Origin: Octopus vulgaris
Lineage: Eukaryota
Assembly (NCBI GenBank): GCA_951406725.2
Contig: OX597822.1
Span: 92,256,001-92,320,000 of the forward strand
DNA: 64,000 nt
Reading direction: 5' to 3'
How positions within the stretch are numbered: the first letter of the stretch is position 1; every line of letters begins with the position of its first letter. This document shows, one piece after another, positions 52,690-64,000 of the stretch. Under the pieces are notes generated by a model, which was not told the DNA's origin, did not search any database, and saw nothing but the letters and a program-made list of their open reading frames with translations. The position numbers and the translations under genes were made by a program.

Positions 52690-54472
52690 CGGTGTTCCAC
52701 AATCGCAGAAAAAACAGAGGAATTTTCTTTCTTGATGCTCCTGGTGACACACGTAAAATATTTGTAACATTGCTTCTCTCCAAGGTAAGGCAACAAAAAA
52801 GAATTGCAGTTGCTGTACCATTATCTGGCTTTACTGCCACCATTCTCCCAGGAGGATGAACAGCTCATTCTGCTTTTAAATTACCACTAAACCTGGTCGC
52901 AAGTGACAGTCTGATTTGTAACATAAGCAAAGATTCAGGTTCAGCTGAAGTGTTGTGCCAATGCCACCTTATCATTTGGGATGAATGCACCATGTCATAC
53001 AGAGGTGCAATGGAAGCTCTTGCTAAGACCTTACAGCAGAGCTTCTCAAACTATCTGATGTGGTGTACCAGCAGGTTTTTGTTTTTTTCCAGTGTGTCAG
53101 GGGCCGGTAATATTTCTTAGTAATATTAATTTATACTGGAAACAATATATACAATGAATATAATAAAAGTCGATCATTTTTTTTTAATCTTATATTTATT
53201 TTGTAAACAAATAAATATTATATAAGCATTTTATAAGCATTTTATGTTTCATTCTTTCCTGGAAACTCACCGCATACCAGCAGCTGATGGCTCGTAGACC
53301 AGCACTGGTCCATGGACCACCAGTTTGAGTAGCACTGCCTTACAGGACATCAGCGGCAACAATAAATCTATGGAAGGAGTTACATTAGTTTTACCAAGAG
53401 ACTTCAGACAGACATTATCAGTCATTCTGAGATGAACAAGATCTGATGAAATAAAAGCATGCATTAAATCTTCACAGTACTGAAATTCTCCTTCACTACT
53501 AATGTGCGAGCTTTATCCCATGGGGACCAATGTGCAAAACAGTTTTCAACCTGGCTCCTCCAGTTAGGAAATGGAAAAGAACCATTTGATGGGAATGGTG
53601 ATATCAATTTGGCTCATATTGCTATCATGTTGAATTCCCCAGCTGAATTAAAGTACAGGGTATTTCCAGCCTTAAGTAATAATTATAATTCACATTGTGT
53701 GAAAGGGCAATTCTTGCTCCAAAAAATGGATTAACCATGAATTAATGAATAAGATTCCAACAGTCTTTAAGAAGTACAAATCAGTTGATTCAGTCCTTGA
53801 TGAAAATCAAGCTGTCCATTACGCAACAGTGTTACTTAGTTCTCTTGAGCCACCTGAAACTCCTCTACATAAACTTTTTCTGAAGGTAGGAGTTCCAATA
53901 ATGCTTCTAAGAAACATTGATTGTAAAGACATTATCACCTAATGTAACAGAAGCTACCATCATCACTGGGAAAGAGGTTTTCATTCCAACAATTCCAATC
54001 AAACCAACAGACATACCATTTGAGTTCAAACGAACACAATTCCCAGTGCAACTTTGCTTTGCAATGTTTATTAATAAAGCTCAAGTTCAGTTTTTGAAAT
54101 CTACTGGCTTGCTTTTCTCATGGTCAACTTTATGCTGGTTACTCAAGGGCAGGTAGTTTGCAAGACTTATTTGTCTATGCACCAAACCAGGAAAAAAAAG
54201 AATGTTGCTTACCCAGAAGCTCTTACATAATTTCCTTCAACATATATGGTAGAATTTATCTGCTTTCATAAAAGTGGTAAATCTTATATTTTCGTTTATT
54301 ATTATTATTAATGATAATTCAGAATTTATTTCCCAATTAAAGAATAAATTGTAACCCAGTTGAAGAATAAATTGAATTTAGAATAGCAAATTTCATACAA
54401 CATATTTTGCTTTTTTCTTCCAATATATAAGGAAAAATTTCATTCACAGGCAACGCCAGGTGCTTCTGCTAG
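52690..54472 (+). mobile_element. Helitron 3' part: decayed PIF1-like helicase and intact 3' terminus
   Basis: FFLDAPGDTRK (degenerate Walker A), IIWDECTM, DFRQ, LKVGVPIMLLRN, FKRTQFPVQLCFAMFINKAQ. Subterminal hairpin CACAGGCAACGCCAGGTG, then CTAG|T at 54469-54473. Confidence 0.92.
53037..53337. mobile_element. hAT MITE inserted in the Helitron helicase
   Basis: TIRs CAGAGCTTCTCAAACT/AGTTTGAGTAGCACTG with perfect 8-bp target duplication CCTTACAG; the helicase frame resumes after it. Confidence 0.92.
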
Positions 54473-55453
54473 TATATGTGTATATATATGTATATATATA
54501 TAATGTAAACTTTAGGTTAATTCAAATAGGTATGGGACATACTGGCATCTCCCACAATATGGCTACCTCAGGTTACAGGATTTTGCTCTTATAAAAATTA
54601 GGATGTATGACCATAAATTTCAGGATGCAATCTGTAATTTCACTCTTGTGGAAATTTGTATTGCATAGTTTTGAATTGTTAATTTAAAACTACACTTTCA
54701 TCTTAGCTCAATGGCCACTTGTGTTTCAGTTAAGATCAAAGTATATAGTTAATGGTTTGAAAAATTGTCATCAAATTACACACACACACACAATGTCCAT
54801 GACATAATAATAAGGGTGTGTGTGTTTCTGTTATCAACACCAACACAACCACTGACTGCAACAGTAATAGACCATGAAGTAGATAAGCAAATCCATTTCA
54901 AATAAAAACATATAATGTCATATCCTAGTGTATTTTGAAAGTTGAATGAAATGTCTTTGATTTTAGGTCTGTGAGGATTGACTTGAGACTAAACAGCTGC
55001 AACACAATTAGCAAGAACAGTATAACCACCACAGCACCAACATTATCCACTCACCATCACAAACGTCTAAACCAATGTAATCCACGTCATCACTACTCTC
55101 AACCCACCAGCTTTTGAATCCAGCTGGCCACAACAGATATCAGCATGTATGCCAACACATGTGTGCATAAGTTTGTATGTGTCATTGTGTCTATGAGTGT
55201 TTGCATTAGTGTGTGTGTGTCTGTGTATTTATGTCTTAAGTCAGAAGTGCAAGGGGTGAATTGCTTACAAAATCTGGTGAATCTTCAGTTAACTGCTGTA
55301 ATCATATAGTACTTTCTCTTCATTCATCTTTTCGTCTCATTTACATTATTGCATCAATAGGAATATGACAATTTTCCATTCTCACAATTTTTTTACTACA
55401 TATTTATTGTGGATAATTAATTAATGCTGCTGTTGGATTTACCTTCAATTTAA

Positions 55454-55650
55454 AATGTCTGGAAAAAAGCTATCAAGTAGATCAGTAGACAGTAGTGCAA
55501 AAAGGAACTGTAAAAGATTCAAAACTGGGTACAAAACTTGATGTTTTAAAAAGACAATGCAGAAATAAGACTAAGCTGCCAAAACATTAAATTTTACAAT
55601 GTCTACAGTGGAAACAATATGTGACAACAGAGAGAAAATTGTCAAGTGCC
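55454..55650 (+). mobile_element. Tigger/pogo transposase N-terminal fragment
   Basis: MSGKKLSSRS...KLDVLKR...STVETICDNREKI resembles a CENP-B-type HTH. Confidence 0.5.
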
Positions 55651-57430
55651 TGGGTGTATTATCTCTGTTCATCAACACTAGATTGGTTGTTTCTCCCTAA
55701 TAAATCTAAAGACTCTTCTCTACTTAACATTGTCTTTCTACTTTTGTTGCTGGATTGGAAATGAACCGTGCTGTACTCCCTACAGAATTTTTATTTGCTC
55801 TACATTTCTCGAATGGAAATGCTGTGGTTGATGTTGACTTTATTTTTGCATGATATATTTCTTGTTAGATGTTAGTTGTAATTAGCAATAGATAGTCATG
55901 AAAATATATTCCAAAGTTTGAAGTTCCTACCATTGAAATAATGCATGTCCTGAAAAGTATGGAAACTGGTGCCCAGGAGGAAAAGTTGTATGGTTTTTGT
56001 TTTTAGCATATGAAAATATTGGCATCAGTTTTCTTTTGCATATCAAGAAATAAGAGTCAGTCTTTGGTGAATTGTATTATAGGACAGATCAGGCCAATAT
56101 GATTCAACATAACATGGACTTTAATTGGATAATGATCAGGGCTTTAGATGTTGCCTATTATACTGAGCCCATCTCTTCCATTTCTATACCTCATCCTTCA
56201 GTTGCAAATGAAACATTCTTAGTTTGTGCCCATATTTCAACAGCACAGAAATCTTTTATGAATAAAATACTGGTTGATGGTATGATGTACCTCTAAGCAA
56301 GCAGGGCCAGTGACAGGAAGTGCAGGGACCAATTAGAGAATTGTCAGTGGAGCCTTCTATCCTTCAAAATCTGAAGATTGATGTTTTATGCTTTGTATTG
56401 TATGCCATTCCCAGCCAAAAAGCATTGAGGGTTTGAGGCTCTACCATTAACCACAATGATATACAACAAATTCATCCTTGAGACACTCTTGAATTATCAA
56501 AATGGAGACTCTTTCAATGCTTCTTAGAAACAGATTTCATATTTCACAATTGAATGGTTATCATCTATCTATAAAAAAAAAAACTGTTCCAATAATATAA
56601 ATCACCCTGCCCAAGCAATGAGAGAAAAATTAAAGTGAAGTAGTAAAAAAAATATTTCCTGAATAAACTTAGATAAAATCTCAGCAAAAGTTATTTTTCT
56701 CATTTGCCATTCACTTATAACCAGAAAGTTAACACCTCCAGAAACTAGAGGTTTGGTATTCAGATGTCATTACTATACAATATTATGATTTTGCTTCAGT
56801 CCTGTCTTTTGACAATGACAAAAGGCATTGAACTCCCAAAGAGAAACTCTTTCAACTGCTATACTTAAGCTACACAGGTCATGCTATTTTAGGCAACAAT
56901 CTATTTTTATTATTTGTATTATTTTTGGTTGTGCTAGTGGTATTATGGGTGCACTTACTATGCAACAAATGATAAGGGTTGAGTAGTGTTATGGGACTTA
57001 ATATTCTGTGTGTGATAAAATAATTTAGCTATTCACAGGATAAATACAAAACAAAAATGAAATTGTTAGAAGATATATAGGTCTGAATAAATGTGAAATC
57101 TATACTAACTCTGAAGGTGAGTCAGCCATGTGGAACCGTTTTAAGTGTCGTGACTTTTTGTAATAGTGAAGCTATTTGACATTTTAACAATTCACTAGCA
57201 GCTCCTGCCTTTACGAGTAGAGTCGCTGTTTTAATAACTGCTGTGATATGGGTATCTTCAAACTTCCACATTTATGTACTACATGTTGTGGAAAAAAAAT
57301 TAGTAAGGACTTTTATATTTTATGGTAATTAGCAATTAAATATATTTACTTGTAAGTTAGTTTCTAATTTCTCTTCATGTGTATGTATTCATGTTCTGTT
57401 TTTCTACTCTGACGTAACTTTGCCACCTTC

Positions 57431-57433
<3 letters not shown>

Positions 57434-57497
<64 letters not shown>

Positions 57498-57581
57498 ACA
57501 TACATACATACACATATATACGATCTACACTTATTATAAATATATATATACATACATTATATCTATCTATCTATCTATCTA

Positions 57582-57619
<38 letters not shown>
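57434..57619. repeat. Compound (TG)n/(TA)n/(TACA)n/(TATC)n microsatellite
   Basis: Directly visible. Confidence 0.95.
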
Positions 57620-57620
<1 letters not shown>

Positions 57621-59140
57621 TGGTTTTTTTTATAGATTAACAAGGCTACCAATAATGGTTTCATGTAGGGAGAAATCTCAACAATTCTCATTCTCACTGT
57701 TCAATATTTGCTGTGTGTGTGTGTGTGCACGCACACACTTTATTTAATACTATTTTCATCATATTTGGTTGACAAAGTTCACATGTCATACTTTCAATGT
57801 TTTATTTCCAAAATATATTTATAGCTACACACTACCAATCTATCAACGGCAAATATCCATGCTTTTGGTTAAAATCCTCATTTGAATATTTTAAATATTT
57901 CATGACTTTAAGGAAGTTAGGGTCAGGTTTTAAATCATCCCTATTAGTTGTGTCACTGACTTGCTTCTTTCCAACTTTAATTCAGGTTATTTCATGTCGG
58001 GTAAAAAAAAAAAAGTGAAAAGAAAAAGCTCCTCTTATTTTCTTTAAGTCTGAGGGTTTTACTTCAAGTACAGCTGTTTTATTTGATGGTACGACATGAA
58101 AGGGCTGGGTATTTACTAATAAGTCTGTTGGTATCTATCTCAAACTGCAAATTTACTTGTTTAATATTTCAGCTTGAATTTAAGCATAAAGAGTAGGGAT
58201 TTACGATCAAAGACATTCTAGCTCTGACCATCATAGGACTACCTTATCCAGTAGTGTGTTCACCCTTTTATAGATGGTAGAGTGTAAGTAGTGTGAGATT
58301 TGGCTTCTATATTAAATGACCTCATAGAGGTTGAGCAATTACAGATTTATATTGAATAAAATATTATTGTTGTGAGTTGAGACAAATGAAATACACACCA
58401 ACTTCTTTATTATACAGTAAATCATTATTGTTACTGAGGTTTCACATTCCATGGAGGGCTTTGACATTTAGGTGCGGTGTATGTTATCTTAGTAATATTA
58501 ATTGATAGATATAAATTATGTGATGATTTTTCAATATATAACAAAAAACAACATTCATGTAAATTAATGTACTTTAAGCAAATTTTAGCTGAATGTATTA
58601 TTTAGAATATGTTTTTGTGGGGTGAGGGAATGTACCGGGGGATGGGGGTGGATCAAAGTGTCTGCGTATTCAGTAAAGGATATAAGTGTAGTCATGGCTA
58701 GGTGATTAGGAAGTCTGTTTTGTAACAATGCAGTTCCAAGTTTGATCTCACAGCACAGGTCTTTTGGCAATTGCCTTTTCCCTATACCCTCAGTTTGACA
58801 AGTGCCTTGTGAAGGAATTTGATTGACAAGTACTATATGGAAGTCTGTGTGCACAATTTATCGAGAAACAGAAGCCCTCAAAAATGTATATATTGTTGTT
58901 TTTGTTATCATTAAGGTGGTGAACTGGTAAAATCATTCGTACATTGAGCAAAATACTTAGCAGCATTTCTTCCAATTCTTTATATTCTGAGTTCAAATTC
59001 CACTGAGGTCAGCTTTGCCTCTCATCTTTTAGGGGTTAATAAAATATGTACTTAAGCACTGGGGTCAGGAGAACTGGTTTTCCCTTTTCCCTCAAAATTA
59101 TGTCAAAATTAGAAAGGGTTGTTTCTGTTATTATTATTAT

Positions 59141-60222
59141 TATTACCTCTGCCTTAGCGAAGGTGGTAGGTATTGTTTTCGGTCATGTTTGATTGTTTGT
59201 TTGTCCGTGGACAAGACATAAAACTTTCAGGGATATTTGGCCTTTTGACTGGCACGAACTGATTAAATTTTGGGATCGATCCAGTACCGGACAAGGATTC
59301 TGGATTATATTTCCATTTCTTTACTTAATTTTTAAGAGCAGTCAGGGTCATTTTAGTATTCTCGTTTGCGAGAGCAGTCGAGTTTATTTCAGATATTTTC
59401 ATTTTAAAAATTACCTCTGGCTAATCGTTGGGAGGACATTGGTGTTGCCTTGGTGGAGGTCTGCGCTCTCTGATTGCTCTTGTTATTATTACCTCCAACT
59501 TAGCAAAGGCAGAAGTATTGCTTTCAGTTGTGTTTGTTTGTTTGTCCATGGACAAGGTATCTCAAGAACCGCTGGATGGATTCAGATGAAACCTTCAGAG
59601 ATGTTTGGTCTTGTGACTGGCACAGTCTCATTAGATTTTGGGATCACTCCATTACCGGACAAGGATTCTGGATTATTTTTCTGATTCTTTTTACTTGTAC
59701 ATGTAAAACTTCACACAGTTCTCTTGTACACGCACACACATACACTCACACATTTTCATTATTGAACATTACCATCTCATTTCCATTGTACACACATATG
59801 CACACAAACATGCCTCTCTTATACAAACACACACTCACACTTCAAACGCCATTTATCGGCTTTTTCCCTCCTTCCATCATTATTCATCTATCACCCATTC
59901 ATTTCTCATTCATACAACTCTCTTTGCCACTTTGTTTCATCTTTCTCATTGTCATTACTTTCTCTCACTCCCTCTCAGTCATGGCTGTTACTCTCACTTC
60001 TTCTCCCTCACTGTATTAGTATTTCATCTCCTCTCCCTTCACCTCTCACTCAATATATATATTTGGATTATTTTTCTGTTTGAGAATGGTCAGGTTCATT
60101 TTTAGTATTCTAGTTTGTGAGAGCAGTTGATTATAGTCTTATTTTAAAAATCATCTCCAGTTAATTGTTGAGAATACATTTGTGTTGTCTTGGCCGAGGT
60201 TTGTGCTCTTTGAGTGCTCTTA
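59141..60222 (+). mobile_element. Two tandem non-autonomous Helentron-like (HINE/DINE-1-like) elements, the second with an internal insertion
   Basis: Each starts TATTACCTCYRNC, has a (GTTT)n tract, a subterminal inverted copy TTGGYNGAGGT and a 3' hairpin GCTCT..GAKTGC. Copies at 59141-59484 and 59487-60222. Confidence 0.6.
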
Positions 60223-60490
60223 TTATTATTATTATTATTATTATTAGACGAAGAGTGCAGTACGATTGCAATAGATATTTTATTGGTTGAACAATATTTT
60301 GACAGCAAGCCTGTATTTGTTGAGTTCAAAATGAAAAGTGATAAAAATTCAAAATTATAGAAATTCAGATCTAAAATATGAATGAGAGCAACCAGCATCC
60401 ACGTTTTGATGAAATTACATCATCAGTCTTCATGTTTCAATTTTACAACTGGTGAAAAGAAAAAAAAGAAGAAAAAGGAAAAAAGAATAT

Positions 60491-60930
60491 TTAATCAAAC
60501 AGTTTTGTGTAAATTTTATGAAATTCTCCTGTCATTCTATTCATTCCTCCTAGGCGTGATGTTAATAACCTGCAAACATATTTCTCCTCATGCATTTTGA
60601 GTATTGAAAGTGTATCAGATTCAGAATATTTTCTAAGAATATATACTTTCAAGTCTTTTTCAAAATTGCAGCCATTTGATGCAAAATGTTCAGCAAGATC
60701 TATCAAACTACTGTCTGACATCATACCTGTGCCCATTAAATCTTTTGTTTAATTGTTCTGTTGTACAACCAACATATATCAAGTTGTGCTTCATGCATTC
60801 TGCTGCATGCACCAAATGGGAATCTCTACATTTCCCACCTTCTGTATAAATTGTAACAACGCTTCCTGTCGGCCTTGACACATTTCCTGTGTCCTTATGT
60901 TTGCAAGGGGAAGACAAGCACCTCCACCCA
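60491..60930 (-). mobile_element. Penelope-like element GIY-YIG endonuclease (3' end), frameshifted
   Basis: CRDSHLVHAAECMKHNLIYVGCTTEQLNKRFNGH...LAEHF...ILKMHEEKYVCRL...GMN: GIY-YIG with PLE-type Cys/His residues and the C-terminal GxN. Confidence 0.88.
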
Positions 60931-60967
60931 GCTAAACCTGCATTCAGAGACTAGTTTCTGAGTTTTT

Positions 60968-61231
60968 ACTAGTCGCGGTTTCGATTCCCAGACCGGGCGT
61001 TGTGAGTGTTTATTGAGCGAAAACACCTAAAAAAGCTCCATGAGGCTCCGGCAGGGGGTGGTGATCCCTGCTGTACTCTTTCACCACTCTTTCTCCCACT
61101 CTTTCTTCTGTTGGCCTGCTCGCTTAGCCAGTGGGGTGGCGTCATTCGAAGGCTAAAACAATGCGAACGCATTGTGACCAGCGATGTGTAACAACATCTG
61201 ATGGCCTGGTCGGTCACGGTGATCACGGTGA
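60968..61231 (+). mobile_element. 5'-truncated tRNA-derived SINE (family C)
   Basis: B-box GGTTTCGATTCCC, GC-rich body and (CACGGTGAT)n tail ending at (TA)n. Confidence 0.7.
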
Positions 61232-62679
61232 TATATATATATATATATAAACATGTGTTTGTGTATGAGTCACTATGCGGTTGCTAGAACTGTTAAAAAT
61301 AGTAGCCAAATCAGAAACCTGTTCTTGCTGTCTTAAGTGTAAAAATGGATAAAACCATATGATTTAAATGAGGTATAGTTTAAAAAATAACTTAAATTTC
61401 CTAAATTACTGAGATAAACAAGTAAATATTTTGAAGTAAATAAGTCAGCCAACTCCCTCTCTAATATTTTTTTTATGTGATTATGTTTTTTTTTAGAAAA
61501 TTCTTTTGACTTCAGTGTTTTGAACATCAGAGATTCTGGTGGGAGTTGGGGTAGAAAGATTCCAAGTTTTTTTTTTCTTGTCCCCACTTCCATTCATTAC
61601 TTTGAAAGAACCTTTACATCATATGTTAACCTGATTGAAATAACAACCAAGTCTCCCTCAAATCACATCAAACTGTCTTATGTATATACGAACTAATGTA
61701 ACAGACCTCTATATTGCAGCTAGACCAGTTAATAGCCAAATTTCCCTGAAACTATGCACTACTGCCTTATGTATGCATGAGTCAGTGAGATCAATTCTAT
61801 GAAATAGGTGGAGCTGACAGAAATAATGGCCAAATCACCTTCAAACCATTCTCTAAATTCTCCAAATTTGAAATGGCACAAAATTCATCATTAAAAATAT
61901 CATTGTCCATGACAGGTGACAGTCATGTTAGGAAAATTTATTTGATAGAATTGTTTTATTTCTAGTATACCTTTGAAGTTAACTGATGTAATTGACTAAA
62001 ACCCTTGAACATGATGCCCCATAATAGCCCTAGTCCAATATGTGAAATCAGTAAAAGAATAAAAGAATGTATTTGTATAAGGTGCAGGTATGGTTGTGTG
62101 GTGTTCAGTTTGCAGCTACATGGTTTCAGGTTCATTCCCACTGTGCTGTACCTTGGGCAAATGCTGTCTACTATCACTCTGGGTTGATCAATCTGTTGTA
62201 AATCTGGTAGACAGAAACTGTTTTATGCTTGTCTTGAATGTGTCTGCATGCTTACTTACATGCATACATACATGCATGCATGCATGCATGTGAAATATAA
62301 AGAAAATACAATAATTCTTTACTTGAGAAACCGGTAAGGATTGGTACCCAAAAGAGCATCCAGGTGGAAAAGCCTGTTTCAGAATCAATTTCGATCCAAT
62401 CTAGCCTGGGAAAAGAAATGGACATGAACAAATTTTGATTTGTCACAGAGTCCTTGTTATTCTGAACTCTTTTTCTCATGGTCCATACTGTTGTGCTAAC
62501 AATACTATGTACTAGCACAGCCTTGTTATCCAACTATAATTACTTTACTCTTCTTAGTTTATTCACTTCTCTCTTAGTCATGCATCAACAGCATAAAAAC
62601 ATTTTATTAATACTATTGTAATTTTATGTTCTGTTCATCTCATCTTTCAAGATGAGACTTTTTAAAAATATTTTTATCT

Positions 62680-64000
62680 AATCCTTTGATAGAGTACCCT
62701 GATGTGTGATATGGTAGGGTCTGAGGAAGCTAGGGGTAGACAAGGGGCTTCTGAAAGCTGTACAGGCCATGTACAGAGTCTGTGCCAGTAAAATAAGAGT
62801 TAACCATGCGTACAGTGATGAATCTGGTGTAAAGTTAGGCATTCATCAGGTCTCAGTTCTTAGTCCCCTCTTTTTGTTCATTGTCTATGAGACCATAACA
62901 GAGGAACTCCAAACTGGCTGCTCCTGGGAACTGCTATATACTGATGACCTTGTTCTCAATGCAGATTATGTATCAGAACTGGAAAAGAAATTTGAGGTGG
63001 GGTAGTAAAACCTGGAATCGAAGGGTATTAAGGTTAACTTAGCAAAAGCTAATGTTTTAGTAAGCAAGAAAACAGACAGGACCCTACTTCCTTCAGGTAA
63101 ATGGCCCTGCTCAGTATGTAGGAAAGGTGCAGGCAGGAATTTCATGAGATGTGTACCCAGTGCAAGCTATGGACACTTAAAAAGTACAGTGAAATAATAC
63201 GAAGGTTATCAGAGAAAGTAGTTTTTGTATGTGAAGCCTTAAAAAAACTACAGATACTCAGAAAATTGATTCTTTCAAATACCCCAGAGGCTCTTTAGAG
63301 GTACTGGATGATTTCTGCTACATAGGGGACCTAATTAGTAGTGGAGGAGGATTTACAGTAAGTGTAATTGCTAGAATAAGAATAGGATGAAGAAAATTCA
63401 GAGAGCTTTTACCTCTCTTGGCAACCAAAAGGTGTCTCTCTGCAAGTGAAAGGAAGATTGTATGATGCATGTATACAAACAACAACACTACACTTTAGTG
63501 AGATATGGACCCTGAATGCAGAGGACATGCAAATATGAAGCTAGTTTGCTCTGCTGGATGTGTAATGTATGTGTACAAGTGCAACAGAGTGCTAGTCTAT
63601 TGAAGGAAAAGTTAGGCTTTTGAGGAATTAGATGTAGTGTTCAAGAGGGAAGACTACGTTGGTTTGGTCTTGTGAAGCATATGGATGTATACAGCTTCAT
63701 AAAGAAGTTCTGATCACCTAAAGTGGATAGAACTAGTGGAAAAGGGAGACCCAAAAAGACATGGGATGAAGTATTGAAGACTGATCTTAAAATGCTGAGC
63801 CATATAAAAGAGATGACAAAGAACTGAGATATCTGGCGCATTGCTATACTCAGGAAGATCCATTCACCACAGTAAAATTGTTAATGCTTCCCCCTTCACA
63901 CACATACACACTCAGCTGAAGGGGGTTTTGCTTTGTAAGTGCCTGCGTGCCAGTCCACATAAAAAGCACCTGTACTGTTCCACATAAAAGTGCCTGTACT
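62680..64000 (+). mobile_element. RTE LINE 3' half, decayed
   Basis: FDRVP...GIHQVSVLSPLFL...WELLYTDDLVL (YADD motif), C-terminal RLRWFG...GRPKKTW, and a 3' UTR with CACATAAAAAGCACC repeats. Confidence 0.92.

Noticed and set aside
54967-55116. Possible further Phactr exon after ttttag (S/T/H-rich open frame)
   Set aside because: The required phase-1 frame stops immediately (GGT CTG TGA); the open frame ends in a stop without a good donor and shows no Phactr similarity.
60390-60435. Hammerhead-like CUGAUGA downstream of the Penelope endonuclease (minus strand)
   Set aside because: The position is plausible, but GAAA reads AAAA and neither the cleavage triplet nor stem I can be formed.

Overview
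AT-rich, repeat-dense eukaryotic DNA. The SINE families resemble those I recall from octopus or other coleoid cephalopods; this is inferred from repeat content, not proven. The only host coding sequence I can support is two small + strand exons of a phosphatase-and-actin-regulator (Phactr) gene, at 2925-3081 and 22850-22957. They carry the KPWKW basic/NLS motif and the N-terminal RPEL repeat and are separated by a ~19.8 kb intron; no further exon was recognised. The first exon is one base out of frame in a 17-A run. The rest is largely transposon debris: Copia pol, RTE, CR1, R4/Dong-like and Penelope fragments, an ORF1-only LINE derivative, mariner/Tc1, hAT, Tigger, piggyBac-type MITEs, a Helitron, Helentron-like elements, a solo LTR, tRNA-derived SINEs and microsatellites. 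The most interesting non-coding signal is a set of minimal type I hammerhead ribozyme motifs next to (TA)n tracts. One is duplicated in a perfect 230-bp inverted repeat (17287-17872) and another has a near-canonical fold (20831-20901). Both loci place a ribozyme on the sense strand of the Phactr intron.
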